64,000 nt of DNA, taken from NCBI GenBank assembly GCA_026770705.1, contig JANJGN010000385.1:1-64000 (forward strand), given 5' to 3'. The notes under the pieces are model-generated. The model saw only the letters and a list, made by a program, of their open reading frames with translations. It was not told the origin of the DNA and made no database searches. Position numbers and translations under genes: made by a program. Origin of the DNA: Isurus oxyrinchus (lineage: Eukaryota). This document shows, in pieces, positions 44,501-54,647 of the stretch (the first letter of the stretch is position 1; each line of letters begins with the position of its first letter).

Positions 44501-46425
44501 CAGCAGCAACTTTCCTATTTTCAAACTTGGTGGGGAATGTGTCACTGAGCTGAATACACTTTCACTCCCAGACCCTTGAATTGCCAACACTGGGGTGTGG
44601 GTGATGGAGCAGTCCACAGCTCATGGAACCCTGGCTCATCATTCTCTCAGAGATCTGGGTCACTGATCCCATTGCTCTCTGTGGGAGCTTCCTGTGAACA
44701 AACTCACTGCCACGTTAGACAGTGACTATACTTCAAGAATTTCTTCATTGTCTGTGAAATGATTTGAAGTTTGCTGAGGTGGTGTAAGGCGCTATAGGAA
44801 TGCACATCCTTCTTTTGTCAAATTGTTAGACATTTAAAAAGCATTAGGTAGACTGATGGGAGTGGATAACCTGATAACATTGATGGACACAGTCAATACA
44901 TTTAATCATTGATATTAAAGTGAGTATTAGAGGTTGCTTAAGGACTGAACTGGAAGCTATTAGCAGGTTATTGAGAATCAGACAGTGTGTTATAATAAAC
45001 TGTGTTTTGTGTTAATATGTAAACGTCACAGTTTGTGTTATTTCCCATTGAGTGTTGGATGTGAATTGTTGAGTAATTATAACACAGCACTTACCAGAAA
45101 TGTGAAACTGGGTTACAGGATAGTAGTTGTAGTTATTTGTACTTCCAAATTCTATTCTGAAAAAATAAGGTCCTGCATCTTCCCATCTGATGTTGTTTAT
45201 AATCAGGGAACGGTCGCCATCTTTCAGGTCTCCAGACAGCCGGGTCCGATGGTGGAACCGTGGTAACTCGTGACTGTGATCCTTGGAGTGAAAGGCAAAG
45301 GGATTGTCGAATTTGTGTTTCTCGTTATTAAACCAGATTCCGACTCGTGGTTGGCTTTCCAAATGTGCTGGATAACTGTAATGACATGGAATCTGTACAC
45401 ACGAACCTTCCTGCGCTGTCACTTCTCGTGGAGTGTCACCTTTCCACTCTTGTGACAGTCCAACTGGGGAGAGAAATATCTCTATTTAATTCTGGATCCT
45501 CAATGTCAACTGAATCTTCATTGTCACTTCATTGTCTAAGGAATCTCTTTGGATCCTCAATGTCTAAGGGATTATTTCTGATCCAAACCCCATATTGTTG
45601 TATTGTTGATTCCAATGCAGCATTGTAGACTGACTTGTCCCCAAGCTCAGCACTGACCCTACTCCAGCAGACACTGTGAAACACACTAACAAAGTGCCTC
45701 TAGCCTGAGCTCTGCATGTGTCGAGAGAAAGACAAATATACAAACTGAATATTGACACCTTTACACACGGACAGCTTTACCTTCCTTCTCTCTTTCAGTT
45801 ATCTTGCTCCCTTATTGAAGTTTCTAGCAAGGTGAGAATGGACAGGAAGTGGGACACTGAACAGCCTGTCTATTCTAGGAGCTGCTGTGTTGTCTTCATG
45901 GGAAATTCTGACTAAAATCAGCAAAAGACACTAATTTCAGGCCATTGCTGTCAGAGTCTCAGCATCAAGATAGACTTCATCCCCTGAATTTTGTGTTTGA
46001 TTTTCTACTCAAACTTTCACCTCCCCAAACCTCCACCCCGACCCCACAAGTCACTCGCTGACCTACACTGGCTCCCAGTCCAACAATGCCTCGATGTGAT
46101 TATTTTCACACTTGATTTCCAATCCCTCCATCACTCCGCTCCACTTCCTATCTCTGTAACCCCCTCCAAACCTACAACCCTCTGAGATCTCTGCACTCCT
46201 CCAATTCTGCTGTCAGACAGGGAGTCAGTGTATATCAGTGAGCACAGGGGTGATGGGTGAATGGGACTTGGTGTGAGTTTGTACACTGGCTCACTGCTGA
46301 ATCAGTTCCCTATCACAGCTCAATAAGAATGGTCTTTTACAAAGACTATTAACCATAAATCTGTCCAAGCTGACGATGATATTACCTTGGAGAAGTGACA
46401 GGAGGAAGTAAGATTTCCCGATCAT
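38460..46425 (-). CDS. Gene 4: activating-type Siglec-like receptor L-V-C2-C2-TM(Arg), about 375 aa
   Basis: Exons 46386-46425, 45095-45463, 43483-43779, 40305-40586, 38460-38599 sum to 1128 nt, open to TAA; TM ILHVILILGIRAVIFLVAVVITIAGVCVW. Confidence 0.85.
40305..40586 (-). CDS. Gene 4 second C2-set exon
   Basis: 282 bp, complete with both Cys. Confidence 0.88.
40720..41030. repeat. 33-bp minisatellite
   Basis: Same unit. Confidence 0.85.
41040..41286 (+). mobile_element. Short solo-LTR-like element
   Basis: TGTTATG start, AATAAA, ends ...CATCA; local similarity to the LTR-like sequence at about 50630. Confidence 0.35.
41290..41500. mobile_element. Inverted (palindromic) Penelope-like terminal repeat pair
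   Basis: Arms ctcaacaggtctggcagcatcgg...gagtcctcatgacc and ggtcatgaggactc...ccgatgctgccagacctgctgag around a 15-nt spacer. Confidence 0.55.
41560..43310 (+). mobile_element. Degenerate CR1 LINE in a gene 4 intron
   Basis: NWGKANF, VPEDWRMANVVP...NYRPVSLTSVVGK, GVPQGSVLG motifs across broken ORFs. Confidence 0.9.
43483..43779 (-). CDS. Gene 4 first C2-set exon
   Basis: 297 bp, canonical splice sites. Confidence 0.88.
45095..45463 (-). CDS. Gene 4 V-set exon
   Basis: 369 bp; YFFR kept; DCSL changed to DRSL. Confidence 0.88.
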
Positions 46426-46990
46426 CGTCCACTCTCAGGTATTTCATTCGCTCTCAAGCTGTGAAAGAGAAAGGAGTTAATGAGACCTCACCTCTTGTCC
46501 GACAGCTCTCGAGAGATCAGAACTGCTTTTAGACAATGTCTTCACAGACCTAATTTGACTCTCTGTGGGATGATAGGTGCTCTGTAGAGAGTTACAAGGC
46601 ATTAAGGAAGAAAAACAACGATGAACTTGCATTTCTATAGCACCTTTCACCACCTCAGGATGTCCCAAAGCTCATGTCCCTGCACTTCCCTCATCCCTTG
46701 AGCTAGAAAGATGTTCTGTACAACAGACTTGAGCCTCACACCCAGATCTCAATAATCAGTAGAAATCTTTCAAAGGCATCAATCATTGGAATCTGTCCTT
46801 ATAAAGTCACAACATCAACAAAGGACGGTGTTGGTGGTGGAAGTGAATTCCAATCGTTCCGTTACTTACCCAGTACCTGTCCGACTGCTCGCCTGGGGAG
46901 GAACTGCCCACACGCTCTGCTTGGGCTGAATGACCTCTTCCTGTGCTGCTCCCTCTGTGTATTTAATTAGAAAGGGTTGATGTGTCTCTG

Positions 46991-47010
46991 TGAGACAAAA
47001 TGAGGAAGTC
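46991..47010 (-). promoter_or_regulatory. PU.1/ETS site upstream of gene 4
   Basis: tgagacaaaatgaggaagtc in the conserved block. Confidence 0.5.
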
Positions 47011-47234
47011 AGATCAAAGTGACAGAGCAGCTGATGTTTAGAGTTTTTTGAAGCTGTTAACCCTTTGCGTTCTGGACTTGTGATGATATTTCTGCTCAAA
47101 AGTGGAAAGTCATTGACCAGGAATTTCTCCTGTGGGTCACTGGGTTTCGAACCCTCTCTCGCTCTCTGAGTGGATGGTCACCTGTTCGAGATTCATTTGG
47201 CAAAATTCAGGCTGGCAAAGCAGATCAGCACTCA

Positions 47235-47945
47235 GTGTCAGGACTGAGAGTCCTGCACAATCGGAGGGTCAGTACTGAGAGAGAGCTGCACTGTTGGAGG
47301 GTGAGTATTGAGGGAGTGCTGCATAGTCAGAGGGTCAGTACTGAGGGAGTGCTGCAAGGTCAGAGGGTCAGTGCTAAGAGAGAGCTGCACTGTCAGAGGG
47401 TCAGTACAGAGGGACTGCTGCACAATCGGAGCGTCAGTACTGAGGGAGTGCTGCACTGTCAGAGGGTCAGTACTGAGGGAGTACTGCACTGTTGGAGGGT
47501 CAGTACTGAGGGAGTGTTGCACTGTGAGAGGGTCAGTACAGAGGTAGAGCTGCACTGTCAGAGGGTCAGTACTGAGGGAGTGCTGCACTGTCAGAGGGTC
47601 AGTACTGAGACAGAGCTGCACTGTCAGATGGGCAGTACTGAGGGAGTGTTGCACTGTGGGAGGGTCAGTACTGAGAGAGTGCTGCACAGTCGGAGGGTCA
47701 CTACTGAGGGAGTGCTGCACAATCGGAGGGTCAGTACTGAGGGAGTGCTGCACTGTCGGAGGGTCAGTACTGAGGGAGAGCTGCACTTTCGGAGGGTCAG
47801 TACTGAGGGAATGCTGCACTGTTGGAGGGTCAGTACCGAGGGAATGCTGCACCATCGGAGTGTCAGTACTGAGGGAGTGCTGCACTGCTGGAGGGTCAGT
47901 ACCGAGGGACTGCTGCACTGTCACAGGTTCAGTACCGAGGGAATG
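47235..47945. repeat. 33-bp minisatellite (about 21 units)
   Basis: Same unit. Confidence 0.92.
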
Positions 47946-48279
47946 TAAACCGAACCCATTGGTCAACTAAAATAGTGACAAGGGTTGAATAAACTGGTGA
48001 TGAGGTGAAAAACAAGGAAGAAAAAGCAAGGAATGAAAGCAAGCAAATTGAAATCTGGCCGTGCCTCGCACAGTGATTATAAATATAATTTCCATCCTAA
48101 TAACCGAAGCAGTCCCCTCGAAGAATGCTGCAGTTTGGAAGAGTTGATCCTTTCGACCCAACGGTGGGCGATTGGTCTCATTATGGTGAACTTCTCGCGT
48201 TCTTTTTCCAAGTGAAAGACATTGATGGGGAGGAGAAGAGGCGAGCGACCCTCTTATCCACGTGTGGGAGTAAGATTTA

Positions 48280-51200
48280 GGGATTGATGCGAACTTTAAT
48301 GCCACCCGGTGCCATGGATTCAAAAAGTTTAGATGATATAGTGAACCTTGTGAAGATTCCTTCCCAGCCCCAGCCCTCGGTAACGATGCAACGGTCCAAA
48401 TTTAACTCAAGAAATAGAGTCCCAGGGGAGGTAGCTGCATGTTATGTGGAAATTCTGAAACAGTTCACAGGACATTGTGAGTTTGGTAAATCTATAAATG
48501 ATATGCTGAGAGATCGACTGGTGTGCAGTATAAATGAAGATGCGATTCAGAAGAGATTACTGTCTGAAACAGAACTGGATATTCAGAAGGCGCTGGGAAT
48601 AGTGCTGGCTAAGGAAAGAGCAGTGAGGGACTCGAAAAACATATGGTGAGTGCAAAATGTCACCGTCCTCATGTTGGGTGAGGAGCCTCAGCCAAGAAGT
48701 GCGGGAAAATGTACAGCTCTGATGAGAAACGGGAAACCTCCACCACTAGCAGCAAATAAAAAGGAATGACTTATCAGAGGAAACATGGAATAATGTGAAC
48801 GGAGGTGAAGCAGACAACCTCGTAGTGAATGGAACTTTAAAAAAATCAATTGTTTTTACTGTCATCGAAACAGAGAGCCCATGAGAGATTGCAAGGATAG
48901 AATCAGGCAGAGTTTCAACCAAGAGAGAAAACCCTGTGAGATCCATAACATAGAAGAGCCTGAAGTAACAGATTCAGATAGTTATTCATTGTATAATTTA
49001 AAGGTAGGAAGAACAGAGCCAATCTATGTAACAGTGAGGGTGAATGATAGAGCTCTCAGAATGGGGGTGGACACAGGAGCTAACATTACGCTAATTGGTG
49101 AGCATACTTTCAAATACTGGAATCATGGGGAAAGTCAATTAAATTTGGAAGAAACAGATGACTAATTGAAAACTTACACGGGAGAAGACATTCAAGCCAA
49201 AGACATAAGCAGGGTTATTATACAGTATGGAAGTCAATCAGTAAAATGATCCTTGATGATGGGAGCTGGTGAGGGACCAAGCCTCCTTGGACGAAACTGG
49301 CTGAAAGATATTAAACTGGATTGGTCTGAGATCTTCCAACTGAGAGCCAGTGGGCTACCTGAGCTACTACAAAAATACATCTCAGTTTTCCAAGATGAAC
49401 TCGGGGAGATCCAGGGGCTGCAAGCAAAAATTCATGTGGATCCAGACTCCACCCCTCTGATTTATGAAGGCACGGCCAGTACCTTATGCAATGTGGGAAA
49501 AGGCAGATGCTGAATTGGGCAGGTTCTAGAAACTGGGAGTGATACAATCTGTGCTGTCCTCAGAATGGGCAGCACCAATAGTCCCTGGACCTGAGCCTGG
49601 CCAAAGTGTTTGAATTTGTGGAGATGACAAGAATTGACTGGAACGGCCTACACGGAGCTGCTATGAGCCTTGCTTATCAACAATTGGAGTTCGAGAAGGC
49701 CTCCCAGAAGTTTGTCACAATTAATACACACAAAGGGTTGTATCAATAAACCGGTTTGCCTTTCAGAGTCTCCTCTGCAGGATCACAGAGTCTTAATGGC
49801 ACAGCAGGAGGCCATTCAGCCCATCGCGTCTGTCCCAGCTCTCCAAATGAGCATCATGACCTAGTGTCATTGCCCTGCCTTTCCCCATGCCCCTGCACCT
49901 TTTCTCTATCCAAATAACCATCTAATGCCCTCCTGAATGCCTCGATTGAACCTGCCTCCACAACACTTCCAGGCCGTGCATTCCAGGCCCAAAACTTAGT
50001 TGTGTGAAAAAGTTTTTTCTCACGTCACATTTGCAACATCAGTCATGCTAAATGTCAGCGGGAAGGTGGAAAGGAGTCCAGGAAGACAGGAAACTGGACA
50101 TGACTGGCATAGTCATGACAGGAAGCTGACCGTAGGAGAGACGGTATATGTGAACGATTTTAGAGAAGGGCCAAAGTGGTCACCGGGTGAAATAAATGCA
50201 GCGATTGGAACTCTTTCTCACCATGTGAAAGTGGAAGACCGAGTCATATGGAGACATGTGGGTCATATAAGGAGGAGAGAAACAAAGTACCAAGAAACAA
50301 TCCCACCAGTCTTCACGGCAGCATCTATGTCTCCTGTTGAAAGAACTCAGCTGAGAACAGATGTGTCTGAAGGGTCCGTTGGACCTGCAAGAGTTGAGGA
50401 AACAGGTTTGCAGGTGTCCACCGAAGAAGCTGGAGTTGGGACAACATCAGAAAAGGAGACTCCTGACAAAGTATCTGAAGCTGTGGATCTGAGACGTTCC
50501 AGACGCATAAGGAAACCCCCCAGAAAGACTGAATTTGTAAATTACTGATCTGTGTAAATCATTTGATACTTTGAGAAAATGGTAAAAGTAAGTGTAAAAT
50601 GTATTTCTGAGTAAAGGGGGAGGGTGGTGGTAATCTGATGTGTGATATACCTTTAAGAAGAAGGTTACAATGGAAGATAACATGAGCTCAGTGTTGTGGT
50701 GTGTTCTCAGAATCAACCTCAGGCCTGGCTAAAAACAGAACTCTACCCATTACAGGGAAACCATCTTTTTTGTTCACAGAGTTAGTCACGTACACATTGG
50801 GTTATTTAAATTCAAATCTTGTCAGTACATAATCACATAATAAGCAGATGTTCCCAGTCCCAGGTACATATCTGCTCCTTACCCAAGCAAGAACTGTTTA
50901 TCTCGTTCTAGCCTGGTGCTGTTTGCCTTTACCTTATCTCTTTACCCTCAGCATCTCTTTATGTCTCTTCTCGAGTTAATCCCTCGTGATCTTCAAGGCC
51001 TTTCTGGAGAGTTCTGCTGATGTCAGCCCCATGGTGCACAAGGTTCACCTGGAGAATTCTGCTGACCTTTGGTTTTCACTAATAGAAGTCCCTGTTTAAC
51101 TCTTATATCAGTGTCCAACAGCCGAGTGGCGCAGGTACCTCAGTAGTCGGTCACCTTTGGTTAGAGTCTGTAATGCGGAGACAGGGCTTGAGTTGAAAGC

Positions 51201-51355
51201 ACACAAGTGTAGCTGCTGAGTTCCTTTGTAAATAAGCAGAATGTGTTTCATCTAAGAACTGTCTGCTGATCTACTCTGTCTATTGTACCTACTCAGCCTC
51301 TCCAAAACAAGCCTGGATCCATAAGTCCCAACAAACTCGTGAGCAGCATCCAACA
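48280..51355 (+). mobile_element. Degenerate Gypsy LTR retrotransposon (gag, protease, partial RT, integrase C-terminus, PPT, 3' LTR)
   Basis: LRDRLVC gag, VDTGA protease, SLLGRNWL, VYV...KWSPG...WRHVGHIR; purine tract at about 50612 then LTR-like sequence ending CCAACA. Confidence 0.82.
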
Positions 51356-51464
51356 GTATCAATATTTAATGTATGTATTGTGGGTGGAATTTTCGATTAG
51401 GATCAATAATACTAAACACTGATCACTCTGATTGTCACTCTGATCATTTCTGTTTCTATTACAG

Positions 51465-51581
51465 AAGAAAGATGAGAAGGATCTGGAAATGAAATCTAAC
51501 CGCGGAGTCAATCCTGATACAGATGATGATCTTTACGCAAACTGTGATTTTGCCAAGGATTCTGTTTATGGGAATTTATAA
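51465..51581 (+). CDS. Orphan terminal cytoplasmic exon with two Tyr motifs
   Basis: tttctattacag|AAG...TAA encodes KKDEKDLEMKSNRGVNPDTDDDLYANCDFAKDSVYGNL*; no upstream plus-strand partner exons found in the window. Confidence 0.55.
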   Translation, partial: KKDEKDLEMKSNRGVNPDTDDDLYANCDFAKDSVYGNL

Positions 51582-52916
51582 ACTGAGCAAGAATGAGACA
51601 CACACAGTGTGGGGAGAATACAGAACGGGAGAATCATTCAAAACTCCAATTTACCTTCCTAATATCCACAGGAACTCACTCCCAGGAAATAGATTTAAAC
51701 CTCTTGTTACAATCTGATGGAATTTCTTCGGAATGATCTATCAAGGATGATTGTCTGTGGGTTTCAATTTGAACATCCTCCTTCAGATTTGTCCCTCACT
51801 GTTGGAAACATCCTTCTCTCCATTCTGATTGTAAATGTCTTTAGATATCGTTCGATGATGTACCAGGACAGAATGGACAAATTCAATCCCGTGTCCGTGA
51901 TTATGAGTTAATTTTCATTCTGTTATTCACCTTCCTGTCTGTCAGTGTTTACAGAATATTCATCAGCCAGTGTAGACTTCAGGGAATGCAGGATCGGTGG
52001 ATAATTGGAGCAGAGGAGATTGGTAAAATTTACTCAGCATTTTGTAGTCAAATGTATTTTCAGATATATATTTGGATTTTACACTTCATCGTTAAAGAGC
52101 AAAACCATCAGCAATCCCGGAAACAGGGAAACAATTTGATTGGAGATTTGAGAAATTCTCTGCAGCTCAGAGGATAACAGATGTGATACAGTGCCACCAC
52201 TGGTGGGAGGACATCATTTCAGCGTGACATGTTTACATTGATGTTGCCAATGAACATAGGAAATTATGATGTGAAAAATTGGTTGCAGGTTTACCTTCTT
52301 CAATATGTCATGGATGGATGAGACAGCTTTGACAACAGAATGAGATATAGCTGCAATAAACCTCAATTTTAGTCTTTCACACTTGGAGAGTACAATGAGC
52401 ATCCATCCTGAAGGCTGAGTGGATGGGTGGACTGTGCGATGTGTTACAGATCACAGAGACCAACATCCTTGATCCTGGTTCTGCTCTGTGTTTGATGAGA
52501 TACTTGGATAAAAGATTGGGAAAATAAATAATCCTCCGGCATTAACCTGTAACTGGTCTCTCCTTCTGTCAATGTCCTGAGGACAGAATTGGGTTCGAGG
52601 TCCAAAATCAGACATTCTTTGACTGCCCATTGAATAGGAACAGGAGGAGGCCATTCAGCCCCCTCGAACCTGCTACACAAGAACAAGAGGGCACCTGATA
52701 CAAAAACAGAAAATGCTGGAGAAACTGAGTTGGTCTGGCAGCATCTGTGCAGAGATAAACAGAATTAGCATTTTGTGTCCTTATGACCCTTGTTCAGAGT
52801 CTATAAGCAAAAACTCTGTTTCTCTCTCCACAGCTGCTACCAGACCTGCTGAGTTAATGCAGCATTTTCTGTTTTTATTTCAGATTTACAGCATCTGCAG
52901 TATTTATTTTTAATGA

Positions 52917-53990
52917 CAGGAGGACATTCAGCCTCTTGATCCTGTTACACAGGAACAGCAGGAGGCCATTCAGCCCCCTCAAGCCTGTTACACAGGAACA
53001 GGAGGAGGCACATTCAGCCCCTCGAGCCTGTTACACAGGAACAGGAGGAGGCCCATTCAGCCCCCTCGAGCCTGTTACACAGGAACAGGAAGAGGCCCAT
53101 TCAGCCTCTTGATCCTGTTACACAGGAACAGCAGGAGGCCATTCAGCCCCCTCGAACCTGTTACACAGGAACAGAAGGAGGCCCATTCATTCCCTCGAGC
53201 CTGTTACACAGGAACAGGAGGAGGCCCATTCAGCCCCCTCGAACTTGTTACACAGGAATAGGAGGAGGCCCATTCATTCCCTCAAGCCTGTTACACAGGA
53301 ACAGGAGGAGGACCATTCAGCCACTCAAGCCTGTTACATGAGGACAGGAGAAAGCCCATCAGCCTCTTGAGCCTATTATACAGGAACAGGAAAAGGACAT
53401 TCAGTCCCTCAACACCCTTCCACAGGAACAGGAGAGAGTCTCAGCTCCTCGAGCCTGTTACCCAGGAAAAGGAAGAGGACATTCAGTCTCTCATCCCACT
53501 TACACAGGAATAGGAAACCCATTCAGTCCCTCGTGCCTGTTACACAGGAAAAGGAGGAGGCCCATTCTGTCCCCTTGAGCCTGTTACACAGGTACAGGAG
53601 ACCCATTCAGCCTCCACAAGCTTGTTACACAGGAACATTAGGGGCTCCATTTAGCCCCATCAAGCCTGTTACACAGGAACAGGAGGAGGCACATTCAGCC
53701 ACTCAAGCCTGTTAGATAGGAACAGGTGGAGGCCCATTCAGCCCCATGATGCTGTTACACAGGAACAGGAGGAGGCCCATTCTGTCCTCTTGAACCTGTT
53801 ACACAGGAACAGGAGGCGGCCCATTCAGACCATCTAACCTGTAACACAGGAAAACAAGGAGATCCATTCAGCCTCTTGAGCCTGTTACACAGGAACAGGA
53901 GGAGGCCCATTTAGACCCCTCGAGCCTGTCACACAGGAACAGGAGGAGGCCCATTCAAACCCTCGAGCTTGTTGCATATGAACAGTCGAT
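52917..53990. repeat. 43-44-bp minisatellite
   Basis: Unit CCTGTTACACAGGAACAGGAGGAGGCCCATTCAGCCCCTCGAG; starts at 52941, 52984, 53027, 53071 and so on. Confidence 0.92.
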
Positions 53991-54078
53991 GGCCCGTCAA
54001 CCACATTATTGGCACGCAAAGGGTTAACAGTTTTCTAACAGTGCGAGGCAAAGAGTTGCTTTCTCACTTGGTACCAAG

Positions 54079-54098
54079 CACTTCCTCATTTTGACTCA
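54079..54098 (+). promoter_or_regulatory. PU.1/ETS plus AP-1 site upstream of gene 5
   Basis: cacttcctcattttgactca. Confidence 0.5.
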
Positions 54099-54647
54099 CA
54101 GTGACACATGCACCCTTTTTAATTAAACACAAATAGGGAGCAGCACAGGAAGAGGTCATTCAGCCCAAGCAGAGCGTGTGGGCAGTTCCTCCCCAGGCGA
54201 GCAGTCGGACAGGTCCTGGGTAAGTAACGGAACGATTGGAATTCACTTCCACCACCAACACTGTCCTTTGTTGATGTTGTGACTTTATAAGGACAGATTC
54301 CAATGATTGATGCCTTTGAAAGATTTCTACTGATTATTGAGATCAGGGTGTGAGGCTCAAGTCTGTTGTACAGAACATCTTTCTAGCTCAAGGGATGAGA
54401 GAACTGCAGAGACATGAGCTTTGGGATGCCCTGAGATAGTGAAAGGTGCTATAGAAATGCAAATCAATCATTGTTTGTCTTACTTAAAGACTTGTAACTC
54501 TCTGCAGAGCACCTATCATCCCACAGAGAATCAAATTAGTCAGTGAAGACATTGTCTAAAAGCAGTTCTGATCTCTCGAGAGCTGTCGGACAAGAGGTGA
54601 GGTCTCATTAACTCCTTTCTCTTTCACAGCTTGAGAGTGAGAAGTGG

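Noticed and set aside
3098-46425. Assigning symbols such as CD33, MAG, CD22 or SIGLEC14
   Set aside because: Family features are clear but one-to-one orthology cannot be shown without phylogeny and synteny.
52917-53990. Regularly spaced repeats suggestive of a CRISPR array
   Set aside because: Head-to-tail units with no unique spacers, no cas genes, eukaryotic context.
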